From positions 32,001 to 96,000 of the forward strand of contig CAVOVB010000004.1 of the NCBI GenBank assembly GCA_963699755.1: a stretch of DNA of 64,000 nucleotides. The letters run 5' to 3'. Source of the stretch: an uncultured delta proteobacterium (GTDB lineage: Bacteria; Myxococcota_A; Polyangia; Polyangiales; Houyiibacteriaceae). The translations under genes were made by a program, and so were the position numbers. A model generated the notes under the pieces. That model was not told the DNA's origin and did no database searches. It worked only from the letters and a program-made list of their open reading frames with translations. Shown here in pieces: positions 29,197 to 38,399 of the stretch (positions are counted from its first letter, which is position 1; every line of letters starts with the position of its first letter).

Positions 29197-29792
29197 GCGT
29201 TTCGCAAGCGCCGATCATCCTGGCTTCGGCGTCGCCACGGCGCCGTGAGATCTTGTCGTCCCTCGGGATTGCGTTTGAGGTGCAACCGAGCGGGGCCGAC
29301 GAGACCAGCTTGGCGATCGAGGATCACCTCGAGTTCGTGCGCGCTGCAGCGCTAGTCAAGTTGGAGAACGTCCTGTCGAGCAGTGATCGCCTGGGTGCTC
29401 ACGTTCTTTCGGCCGACACCGTCGTCTGCGTGGGTGACCTGCGACTGGGCAAGCCCGCCGATGAGGCCGATGCGCTGCGTATGCTAGAGCTTCTAGTCGG
29501 ACGGGCGCATCTGGTTCGAACCGCGGTCGCGCTCGGGCGAGTGGGAAAGGGTGCGCTCGATTGCCGGACCGTGGAGACCCGTGTCTGGTTCGGACCGGCC
29601 TCGCGCGGCCAGTTGGAGCGCTACGTTTCGGCTGGCGAGAGTCTCGACAAGGCCGGTGCGTACGCTGTTCAAGGCCTTGCAAGCGGTTTGGTGACGCGGC
29701 TCGAAGGGTCGTATACCAACGTGGTCGGTCTACCCGCTGCCGAAGTGGTCGCGCTGCTCCTCCAACACCATGCATTGGCTCAGTGGCCATGA
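29193..29792 (+). CDS. maf: Maf-family nucleotide pyrophosphatase
   Basis: ILASASPRR, ADTVV, LGKP, DKAGAY.VQG, GSY.NVVGLP. Confidence 0.95.
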   Translation: MSVSQAPIILASASPRRREILSSLGIAFEVQPSGADETSLAIEDHLEFVRAAALVKLENVLSSSDRLGAHVLSADTVVCVGDLRLGKPADEADALRMLELLVGRAHLVRTAVALGRVGKGALDCRTVETRVWFGPASRGQLERYVSAGESLDKAGAYAVQGLASGLVTRLEGSYTNVVGLPAAEVVALLLQHHALAQWP

Positions 29793-30475
29793 GTCATGAC
29801 GTCGCTGCAGCGATCGAACGTGTGCGTGAACGCATCGAGCTCGCCTGCCAGCGCGCGGGCCGAGATCCGAGCGCGGTCCTGCTGGTTGCGGTGTCGAAGG
29901 GGCACCCCGACGGGCTGATTCGGGCGGCATATGACGCGGGAATGCGCGTGTTTGGCGAGAACTACGCACAGGAGCTTGCCGCGAAGGCCTCTGCGCTGAG
30001 CGACTTGCCCGAGATCCGCTGGCGCTTCATCGGCCATCTTCAACGCAACAAGATCAAGCTCATCGAACGCGCTCGTGCCAGCATCGATACGGTGGATTCC
30101 CTCAGGTTGGCGGAGGCGATTTCTGCACGCGCGGCAATGAGGGGCACCACGGTCGAGCTCTTGCTCCAGGTCAACATCGGCGCCGAGGCACAGAAGTCGG
30201 GTTGCGCAGTCGAAGAGGTAGCCGGTCTCGCCGAATCCGTGCGCGCATTGCCGAACGTAATGCTTCGCGGGCTCATGGCTGTCGCCCCGCACTTCGATGA
30301 CGCCGAAGCCACGCGGCCCTTCTTTGCTGCACTCCGGGAGTTGGCGGAGGCGAACGACCTGCCGGAGCTATCCATGGGGATGACGCATGACCTCGATCAA
30401 GCGGTCGAGGAAGGTGCGACGATGCTGCGAATCGGCACGGCCATCTTTGGGCCACGTCTTCTGATGAAGCGCTAG
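29789..30475 (+). CDS. yggS: PLP homeostasis protein YggS
   Basis: LVAVSK, FGENYAQE, FIGHLQRNK, LSMGM..D...AVEEGAT.LRIGTAIFG. Confidence 0.95.
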   Translation: MSHDVAAAIERVRERIELACQRAGRDPSAVLLVAVSKGHPDGLIRAAYDAGMRVFGENYAQELAAKASALSDLPEIRWRFIGHLQRNKIKLIERARASIDTVDSLRLAEAISARAAMRGTTVELLLQVNIGAEAQKSGCAVEEVAGLAESVRALPNVMLRGLMAVAPHFDDAEATRPFFAALRELAEANDLPELSMGMTHDLDQAVEEGATMLRIGTAIFGPRLLMKR

Positions 30476-31305
30476 CGCTCGGCGTCTTGCGCGAGCTTAC
30501 CAAGCTCTGCCGAGCGACGCGTTGCCGCACGGATCGCTGCGCCGATGACTTCGGCAAAGCCGCCCGCCCGGAGAGCGTCGAGGCCGGCGCGTGTAGTCCC
30601 GCCCGGGCTGGTGACTCGATCCCGCAAGACCCCGGGCGACTCCTTGGTGTCGCGCAAGAGGCGAGAGGCACCGAAGACGGTTTGCGAAGCGAGCTGAAGC
30701 GCAGTGTCTTCGGGCAGGCCCTCGCGCACACCGGCGTCTCGAAGCGCTTCGACGAACGCGAACACATAGGCGGGGCCGGAGCCGCTGAGCCCGGTCACCG
30801 CGTCGAGTTGATCTTCGGGCACGCGGACTGAAATGCCAACGCTCCGAAAAAGCGCTTCGGCAAGCTCGAGATCCTCCTCTGTGGCCGCGTGGCCCGCAGC
30901 GATCGCGGTCGCGCCGGCGCCGACCAGGGCAGGGGTGTTGGGCATCGTACGCACGACGCGCACGCCCTCGGCCATTGCTCGTTCGATGAGGCTCGTCGAG
31001 ATGCCGGCGGCAACCGAAATCAAGAGCTTGTCCGGGCCGATCACCGCCGCGATTGCGGGTAGCATCTTTGCAAATACCTGCGGCTTCGTCGCCAGGACCA
31101 CGACGTCGGCTTCTCGTACCGCTTCGAGGTTGTCGTCGGTGATGCGAATCTCGAGCTCCGCTTCTAGTGCCTCGAGCGTGGCCTGGTCCGGGTCGGCCGC
31201 GATGATTTGTTTGCTGTCGACCGTAGACGTCCCTACGAGCCCGCGGATGAGGGCGCGGGCCATGTTGCCCGCGCCGACGAATGCGATCCTTTGATCAACT
31301 GACAT
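30472..31305 (-). CDS. proC: Pyrroline-5-carboxylate reductase
   Basis: GAGNM, VKP-like ATKP, R.MPNTP, SGSGPAY, VTSPGGTT. Confidence 0.96.
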   Translation of the reverse strand: MSVDQRIAFVGAGNMARALIRGLVGTSTVDSKQIIAADPDQATLEALEAELEIRITDDNLEAVREADVVVLATKPQVFAKMLPAIAAVIGPDKLLISVAAGISTSLIERAMAEGVRVVRTMPNTPALVGAGATAIAAGHAATEEDLELAEALFRSVGISVRVPEDQLDAVTGLSGSGPAYVFAFVEALRDAGVREGLPEDTALQLASQTVFGASRLLRDTKESPGVLRDRVTSPGGTTRAGLDALRAGGFAEVIGAAIRAATRRSAELGKLAQDAER

Positions 31306-31355
31306 GCCCGGCGGCATACCACAGAAGCAAAATCAACGATATCTCGGAGCCCAGC

Positions 31356-32651
31356 CTACGCGCAGGCGGCTTCTACGTCGTCGATCTCTTTGGGGATGCC
31401 GTCGGTAAGCACGTCACGACCCGATCGGGTCACCAATACGTCGTCTTCGATCCGAACGCCGATGCCACGCCAGCGTTCATCCACGTCTTCGTTGTCGGTC
31501 GCGATGTAGATGCCCGGCTCGACGGTCAGCACGAAGTCTGGTTCGAGCTGGCGCTGCTTGCCGTCGAGGTAGTAGTGCCCCACGTCGTGCACGTCCATTC
31601 CGAGCCAGTGGGAGGTCCGGTGCATGTAAAACGGCTCGTATTTCTTCTCGTCGATGAGCAAATCGAGCTCGCCCCCGAGCAAGCCGAGGGCGACGAGGCC
31701 CTCGGTGATCAGACGAACGGCGCACTGATGGACCTCGTCGAGCGTCGATCCCGGCTTCACGGCATCGATGCTCGCCTTCTGAGCCCGGAGAACGACATCA
31801 TAGATCGCCCGTTGTTCCGCGGAAAACTTGCCGTTGACGGGGAAGGTACGGGTGACATCGCTCGCATAGTAATCGTACTCGCAGCCTGCATCGATTAGCA
31901 GGAGCTCGCCGTCGTTGATCTGCCGAGCGCCCGCCCGGTAGTGGAGGATCGTAGCATTGGGCCCGGAACCGACGATGCTCTCGTAGGCTGGACGCTCGCT
32001 TCCATGCTTGCGAAAGACATGAAGGAGCTCCGCATCGATTTCGTATTCGTGCATGCCGGGGCGCGCGAGCCGCATTGCACGCAGGTGAGCCTCTCTGGTG
32101 ATCGCCGCTGCCTGCCTCATCGTCGCGATTTCGTCTGTGCTCTTGCGTAGGCGCATCTCGTGCAAGTGAACGGAGGAATCGATGATCGCCGCGGGCGCGG
32201 TTACGCCGCGGCGCTCGCCTCTTCGGAGCTGGTTGAGGCAATTGAAAACCTTGGCATCCGCCTCGTCGTTTTGCGCGAGGCGATAGTGGAGACGCTCGAC
32301 GTTTCCGAGGTAGTCGGGGAGCTTGCCCGGGAGCTCTTCGATCGGAAAGGCGACATCGGCGCCAAAATCCTCGACTGCACCTTCGATGCCTGCGCGAGGC
32401 CCATCCCAGATTTCCCGCTCGCGCTTCTTCGGGCGAACGAAAAGGACCACCTCGTGCTCCGCGTGTTGATTGGTTAGCAGAAGCAGGCTTTCGGGCTCAT
32501 CCAAGCCGCTGAGATAGTAGAGGTCGCTGTCCTGCCGGTACGGGTGCCCGACGTCGTGGTTGCGAATGGCGAGGGGGGTCGACGGAAACAGCGCGACACC
32601 GTCACCCATGGCTTCGAGAAGCTGCTTGCGGCGTGCGGCGAACTCCGACAT
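31356..32651 (-). CDS. pepP: Xaa-Pro aminopeptidase
   Basis: YRQDSD.YYL, LIDAGCE...YASDVTRT.P, HRTSHWLGMDVHD, TVEPG, RIEDD. Confidence 0.95.
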   Translation of the reverse strand: MSEFAARRKQLLEAMGDGVALFPSTPLAIRNHDVGHPYRQDSDLYYLSGLDEPESLLLLTNQHAEHEVVLFVRPKKREREIWDGPRAGIEGAVEDFGADVAFPIEELPGKLPDYLGNVERLHYRLAQNDEADAKVFNCLNQLRRGERRGVTAPAAIIDSSVHLHEMRLRKSTDEIATMRQAAAITREAHLRAMRLARPGMHEYEIDAELLHVFRKHGSERPAYESIVGSGPNATILHYRAGARQINDGELLLIDAGCEYDYYASDVTRTFPVNGKFSAEQRAIYDVVLRAQKASIDAVKPGSTLDEVHQCAVRLITEGLVALGLLGGELDLLIDEKKYEPFYMHRTSHWLGMDVHDVGHYYLDGKQRQLEPDFVLTVEPGIYIATDNEDVDERWRGIGVRIEDDVLVTRSGRDVLTDGIPKEIDDVEAACA

Positions 32652-32667
32652 CGATCCAGCCTAGCAG

Positions 32668-34215
32668 TTAGCTTCGGGGCTGCATCTCGCCGCTCTTGTA
32701 GCGGCTCCAATAGCTCATCAGCGCATCTCGAACCTTGCCGCTCAACAAGACCGCACCGAGAATGTTGGGGAACGACATGCCGAGGATCATCAGGTCCGAG
32801 AAGTCGATCACGTTTCCGAGCTTCAAGACGGAGCCGAGCACGACGAATCCTAGAAAGAGCACTCGGTAGGCCATCGAGAACTGCGCTCCAAAAAGGAAGG
32901 CCCAGCAACGCTCGCCGTAGTAACTCCAGGAAATCATCGTCGAGAATGCAAATAGGAACACCGCCAGGCTGAGCACGTTCGGGAACCAGGGAAGAACCGT
33001 CGCGAAGGCTTTGGAGGTCATGAGCACGCCTTCGTGGCCTCCGCCCTCGTATGCGCCGGTGATCACCACGACGAGGCCTGTCATCGTGCAGACCAGAATC
33101 GTATCGATGAAGGGCTCGAGTAGGGCCACGATGCCTTCGCGTACCGGTTCGTCGGTTGCAGCCGCGGAGTGCGCGATCGACGCGGAACCCACGCCGGCTT
33201 CGTTCGAGAAGGCTGCGCGCCGAAAGCCGGTGACCAAGACGCCGAGCGCTCCACCAAAGCCTGCCTCTGGTGTGAACGCCTCGCCGACGATTTTCCCAAG
33301 AGCTGTACCGACCCGATCGAAGTTCGTGAGGATGATGAAAAGCCCGGCCACCAAGTAGATGCCGCACATCACCGGGACGATGAAGCCTGCGACCTGACCG
33401 ATCCGGCGGATGCCTCCGATGATGACGACACCGACCAAGAACGCCAGGATCAACCCGTAAGCGAGCGCGCCCCAACCGCCCGCGAAAAAGGGAAGGACGT
33501 CAGCGACCTGGGCATAGCTCTGGTTTGCTTGGAACATGTTGCCGCCGCCGAAGCTTCCACCGATGCACATGATCGCGAACATGACTGCGAGCACTCGACC
33601 GAGACGGGGGAGGCCGAGTTGATCGAGGCCGTACTGGAGGTAGCGCATAGGTCCACCGAGGATCTGTCCGTCCTCGCCGACCTCGCGGTACATCTGTCCG
33701 AGGGTGCACTCGGTGAACTTCGATGACATGCCGAGGAAGCCCGCCACGATCATCCAGAAGACGGCCCCCGGTCCGCCCACCGCCACCGCCACCGCCACCC
33801 CGGCGATGTTTCCAAGTCCAACCGTCGCCGACAAGGCAGAGGAGAGCGCCTGGAAGTGAGTGACCTCGCCGGGATCATCGGGATCGTCGTAGCGGCCGGT
33901 CGTCACGATCCAGGCGTGCTTGAACGCGCGGATGTTGACAAAGCCGAAGCGGAGCGTGAAAAATACGGCCCCCGCGATGAGCCAGAAGACGATGAAGGGG
34001 AGCTGCAGGTCCTCCGCGCTGTCATTGTCCCAGAAAATCAGGTCGAAAAACAGCACCTTCGCGATCGGGGCGACGACCATGGCACCGAACCCCGCGTCGA
34101 CCGATTTCAAGACGCCGGCGATTCCGGAATCTCCAGATTCCTTGGCTTGTGCGTAGCTCAGCTGAGGCCACAAACACACCCATGAGACGGCGATTGATGT
34201 CAGCCGTTTGGCCAT
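32668..34215 (-). CDS. Alanine/glycine:cation symporter (AGCS family)
   Basis: FQALS.ALSATVGLGNIAGVA, GGPGA.FWM, GGPM.Y, FSNEAG.GSA.IAH, YYGE. Confidence 0.93.
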   Translation of the reverse strand: MAKRLTSIAVSWVCLWPQLSYAQAKESGDSGIAGVLKSVDAGFGAMVVAPIAKVLFFDLIFWDNDSAEDLQLPFIVFWLIAGAVFFTLRFGFVNIRAFKHAWIVTTGRYDDPDDPGEVTHFQALSSALSATVGLGNIAGVAVAVAVGGPGAVFWMIVAGFLGMSSKFTECTLGQMYREVGEDGQILGGPMRYLQYGLDQLGLPRLGRVLAVMFAIMCIGGSFGGGNMFQANQSYAQVADVLPFFAGGWGALAYGLILAFLVGVVIIGGIRRIGQVAGFIVPVMCGIYLVAGLFIILTNFDRVGTALGKIVGEAFTPEAGFGGALGVLVTGFRRAAFSNEAGVGSASIAHSAAATDEPVREGIVALLEPFIDTILVCTMTGLVVVITGAYEGGGHEGVLMTSKAFATVLPWFPNVLSLAVFLFAFSTMISWSYYGERCWAFLFGAQFSMAYRVLFLGFVVLGSVLKLGNVIDFSDLMILGMSFPNILGAVLLSGKVRDALMSYWSRYKSGEMQPRS

Positions 34216-34311
34216 TGTTCGGGCGAACCATGGCACAACCCCACATTTCTCTCTACTTTTATCTATATCAAAAATTTCGCTTGAAAATGCAATTCTGCGG
34301 TACTGAGGATC

Positions 34312-35490
34312 ATGCCTTTCCTCGGTAGGGCTGCGCTCGTGATCCTTGCCGTCCTGGCATCGCCGGCGATCGTCGGCGCCCAATGCCCGACGGACGACCT
34401 CGACGCGAACGGTGTTTCCGACGCCTGCCCCCCCGGCTCGAACTACATCGCGGCACCGGCCGGCTCTGACTTCCTCTTCGGCACCAACGGCGACGAGTGC
34501 ATCTTCAGCTTCGACGGCGACGGTGGTGTCAGCAACTGCCCGACGATCACCTGCGCGGCGATCCAGGACTTCGATCTACTCCGCACGGACAACGGCCCGG
34601 TGGTGACCTGGAATACGACGACCTAGGTTGGGGCAGTTGCATTTCGGATCTGGCGCCTCGACGAAAATGGCGCGCTCGCCTGAATCGGCGAGGTCGGAGC
34701 CTCCGCAGAGGGCTCGCCGCTAGGCCGAAGCACTACGGCGAGGTTCCGCTGAGCGAATCCGGCGATTTGAGCTTCACCGCCGAGGAAGCCGCTCTTCGTT
34801 TTCTCGCTGCAACAGCGGAAGGTGTTGCGGCCCCGACGGAGGTCAGGCCGCACTTTGGCACGAACCTTCGCTCGACTAGCTTGGCGGTGGACTACCTGAT
34901 CCATCGCTGCGTCTCATCTACCCGGGGATGCACAGGCCTTGGCCGACTGTCGTGAAGCCGACGGCTATCGCGTTCTCTTGCTCGATATCGAGGATGTCTT
35001 CTGGGAGTTCGCCAATGCTTCGCGCCTTCTCAGCAACTGGATTGCGCCCAAGCGCACGCGCGAAATCGACCTCGATGGCGAGAACCTCGAAGAGGCGCGG
35101 GATCGATTGTTCTCCATGTGGCAGCAGTCGCGTGGCTGGCTGAGCTACGTCGGACACGGCCGCCATGCTTCGGGGGCATCGGGCAGCAGCCGCGAGCCCG
35201 TAGAACTGCATCGGGTGTACATCCTCCTCGGAGATCCGGCGCTGCGCCTCCGAGTCGCCTCGCCGGATCCAAGTCCGGACGCCGACCCGCGCAACGATCC
35301 TCCGGGAGTCGATGTGACCGGCGAAGCCGATCCTGTCCTCGACGCCCGGCCAAGCTCGACGTCTGGCTGCGAAATCAAGCCTTCACAGAGGGCAGGGGGA
35401 CCGTTCGAGCCAGCCGTTTTGCTCCTGGGTCTCGCGCTGCTCATCGGTCGGCGCCGCACAGGGCGAAAACAGCCTCGCGCCCTTCATTGA
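34312..35490 (+). pseudogene. Heavily deleted C25 (gingipain-like) peptidase gene with MYXO-CTERM sorting signal
   Basis: Signal peptide, D.D.NG..D.C motif, stops at 34624 and 34681, frameshifts. C25 remnants DYLI, DIEDVF.EF, YVGHG, ILLGDP. Ends SGC...LLLGLALLIGRRR. Confidence 0.7.
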
Positions 35491-35560
35491 CACCCCCTGG
35501 GGCTGATACTAAGCATCCTGCGAGCGTCGCGACCCGCCTCGCCCTGGAGACCGCCCCTCT

Positions 35561-35920
35561 ATGTTCTCGGCCTATTTTCCGGTGTTCCTGATGCTTGGCG
35601 TCGCCTTGCTGGTCGCCCTCGCCGTCTTCGGCCTGACGACGGTGCTCGGGCCGAAGAACATGACGGCCGAAAAGGCGATTCCGTACGAGTCGGGCTCGGA
35701 GACGACCGGCGCGAGCCACATTCGGCTTAGCATCAAGTTTTACCTCACCGCGATCCTCTTCGTGGTCTTCGACATCGAGGCGGTCTTTCTCTACCCCTGG
35801 GCGAGCCTGTTCACCAAGCTCGGCTGGCTGGGGTTCGTCGAGATGCTCCTCTTCCTCGTCGTTCTGGGCGTGACTCTGGTCTACGCCTGGAGAAAGGGAG
35901 CGCTCGAATGGGAGAGCTGA
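35561..35920 (+). CDS. nuoA: NADH-quinone oxidoreductase subunit A
   Basis: PYESG, FY..AILFVVFDIE..FLYPW, KGALEW. Confidence 0.96.
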   Translation: MFSAYFPVFLMLGVALLVALAVFGLTTVLGPKNMTAEKAIPYESGSETTGASHIRLSIKFYLTAILFVVFDIEAVFLYPWASLFTKLGWLGFVEMLLFLVVLGVTLVYAWRKGALEWES

Positions 35921-36453
35921 AAGTCCTCAATGGGGGTGGCGAGGTCGCGGTGACCACGCGCCTGAGTGACCTGCTCCAATGGGCTCGGAAATGGTCGCTG
36001 TTCCAATACCCGTTTGTAACCGCCTGTTGCGGCATGGAGTTCATGGCCACGGCTGCGCCACGATACGACATCGCCCGCTTCGGCGCCGAGGCCCCGCGGT
36101 TCAGCCCTCGACAATCGGACGTGCTCTGGGTGGTCGGGACCATCAGCCAGCGGCAGGGCCCCGTGGTGCGTCGCATTTGGGAGCAGATGGCAGACCCGAA
36201 GTGGGTCATCGCCTTCGGAACCTGCGCTTCGTGCGGTGGCTTCTACGACAACTACACCACGATTCCCGGCGTCGACAAAGTCATTCCGGTGGACGTGTAC
36301 ATTCCGGGTTGCCCGCCTCGTCCCGAGGCCGTGCTCGATGCGCTGATGCTCCTTCAGGAGAAGATCCAGGCCAACGATCGCAAGCCCATCGTGGTTCCGC
36401 CGAAGCTGGTAGCTGAGCGCGCGCCGGGTCGAACGGTTAAGGGCAAGTCATGA
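35908..36453 (+). CDS. nuoB: NADH-quinone oxidoreductase subunit B
   Basis: ACCGME, SPRQSD, G.CA..GG, PVDVYIPGCPPRPE. Confidence 0.96.
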   Translation: MGELKVLNGGGEVAVTTRLSDLLQWARKWSLFQYPFVTACCGMEFMATAAPRYDIARFGAEAPRFSPRQSDVLWVVGTISQRQGPVVRRIWEQMADPKWVIAFGTCASCGGFYDNYTTIPGVDKVIPVDVYIPGCPPRPEAVLDALMLLQEKIQANDRKPIVVPPKLVAERAPGRTVKGKS

Positions 36454-37178
36454 GCCAGGCCGTCGTCGACCGGCTCCGCGCGCAGTTCGGCGAACGCATC
36501 CTCGAGACGAGCGATGCGTTTGGCGACCACGAGGTCCGGGTTGCAGTCAAGGATTGGGTGGACGTCGCGCGGTTCATGAAAGACGACGCCGAGCTCCAGA
36601 TGGACCACTTCATCGATCTCACCGCAATCGACTACCCCGAGCGCCAAGCCGCGCGCTTCGATGTCACGCTCACGATGCGCTCGTCGCGCAACGGTGCACG
36701 GATTAGGGTGCGCACACAGGTGAGGGACAGCGAGGAGCCCGGTACCCTCAGCGGGATCTGGGCTGGCGCCAACTGGGCCGAGCGCGAAGTCTGGGACATG
36801 TTCGGCATCAAGTTCAAAGACCACCCAGACATGCGCCGCATCCTGCTGTACGAAGAGTTCGTAGGGCATCCGCTGCGGAAGGACTATCCGATCGACAAAG
36901 CGCAGCCCTTGGTGCCCTATCGAGAGGAGAGCGAAATCGTGAAGCTGCCACCCTTTGGCATCGAAGAGGGCCAGCCCTTCGCACGGATCGACTGGGAGTC
37001 CCGCCTTGCCGGTCGCGACTATCAAGTGTCCCCTTCGATCGGCGTTCAGCAAGGTCAGCGGCGAACGCTGAGCGACTCCGAAGCCGCCGAGCAGATTCAA
37101 GCACGCATCGAGGCGCGGATGGCGCGGGAAGCGGCGGAGGCGTCCGACGAGACCTCGAAGGAAGGTTCGGGGGAGTAG
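36450..37178 (+). CDS. nuoC: NADH-quinone oxidoreductase subunit C
   Basis: ANWAEREVWDMFGI.F..HPD.RRIL, GHPLRKDYP. Confidence 0.95.
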   Translation: MSQAVVDRLRAQFGERILETSDAFGDHEVRVAVKDWVDVARFMKDDAELQMDHFIDLTAIDYPERQAARFDVTLTMRSSRNGARIRVRTQVRDSEEPGTLSGIWAGANWAEREVWDMFGIKFKDHPDMRRILLYEEFVGHPLRKDYPIDKAQPLVPYREESEIVKLPPFGIEEGQPFARIDWESRLAGRDYQVSPSIGVQQGQRRTLSDSEAAEQIQARIEARMAREAAEASDETSKEGSGE

Positions 37179-38396
37179 ATGGAGCCCGCTGACGAGTTGA
37201 CCAACGAAGAAATCGCGCTGGAGCTTTCCGAGGAGCCGATGCGCCTGAACATGGGCCCGTCGCACCCAGCGATGCACGGCACCATTCGCATGGTCCTCGA
37301 TTTAGATGGCGAGAACCTCGTCAATCTGGACGTGCAGCCAGGCTACTTGCACCGCGGCTTCGAGAAGTCCTGCGAGCGCGGCACCTGGGCCCAGGTCTTC
37401 CCCTACGCCGACCGCCTCAACTACGTTTCACCGATGCTCAACAACGTTGGCTGGGCGCTGGCCGTCGAGAAGCTTCTTCAAATCGAAGTGCCGGAGCGTT
37501 GCCAATACTACCGAGTCATCCTCGGAGAGCTCTCGCGTGTCGCCGACCACTTCACTTGCAACGGGGCTTCAGCGATGGAGCTCGGCGCATTCACGCCGTT
37601 CCTCTGGCTGCTCAAGGTCCGCGATTGGGTTTGGGACATTCTGGAGCGCGAAACCGGTGCCCGCATGACCCATAGCTTCGGGCGCATCGGCGGCATGGCT
37701 GCGCCTCCGACAGCGAACTTCAAAGACGACGTGCTTCAGCTGATTCCGGAGATTCACAAGGTCGTGAAGGAGACGGAGATCATGCTTCTCCGGAACCGAA
37801 TCTTCCTCGATCGAATGCAGGGCGTCGGCGTCCTGACCAAAGAGCAGGCGCTGTCGTACGGCGTCACCGGGCCGGTGGCGCGCTCCACGGGCATTCCCTA
37901 TGACGTCCGCAAGGATCATCCATACCTGGTCTACGACCGCTTCGACTTCGACGTGCCGGTCGGCGAGGATGGCGACAACTGGGACCGCTTCATGGTGCGC
38001 CTCGAAGAAATTCGGCAGTCGGTCCGAATCATCGAGCAGGCTATCGCGCAGATGCCCGACGAAGGCCCGGTCGACGTCGACGACCCGCGCATCGTTTATC
38101 CGGACAAGGACTCGGTCTACAAGACGATCGAAGGCACCATCGCCCACTTCAAGCTGGTCATGGAAGGGCTTCGCACGCCGAAGGGCGAGGTCTATAGCTT
38201 CACCGAAGGCGGCAACGGTGAGCTCGGCTTCCACATCGTGTCGGATGGCAGCGGCACGCCTTACCGCGTCCGCGTTCGACCGCCGTGCTGGTACAACCTC
38301 GCTGCCGCCCGTGAAATGCTCCTCGGCGGAATGATCGCCGACATCATTCCGACTTTCGGATCGGTCAATATGATCGGCGGCGAGTGTGATCGGTGA
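37179..38396 (+). CDS. nuoD: NADH-quinone oxidoreductase subunit D
   Basis: NMGPSHPAMHG, GYLHRG.EK, DRLNY, C-terminal GECDR. Confidence 0.96.
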   Translation: MEPADELTNEEIALELSEEPMRLNMGPSHPAMHGTIRMVLDLDGENLVNLDVQPGYLHRGFEKSCERGTWAQVFPYADRLNYVSPMLNNVGWALAVEKLLQIEVPERCQYYRVILGELSRVADHFTCNGASAMELGAFTPFLWLLKVRDWVWDILERETGARMTHSFGRIGGMAAPPTANFKDDVLQLIPEIHKVVKETEIMLLRNRIFLDRMQGVGVLTKEQALSYGVTGPVARSTGIPYDVRKDHPYLVYDRFDFDVPVGEDGDNWDRFMVRLEEIRQSVRIIEQAIAQMPDEGPVDVDDPRIVYPDKDSVYKTIEGTIAHFKLVMEGLRTPKGEVYSFTEGGNGELGFHIVSDGSGTPYRVRVRPPCWYNLAAAREMLLGGMIADIIPTFGSVNMIGGECDR

Positions 38397-38399
38397 GCG

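Noticed and set aside
34624..34626. Pyrrolysine or stop read-through at in-frame TAG codons (also 4571-4573)
   Set aside because: Both genes also carry frameshifts and deletions, so decay is the simpler explanation.
35487..35516. Sigma70 promoter for nuoA
   Set aside because: A perfect TTGACA is present but there is no convincing -10 at 16-18 nt spacing.
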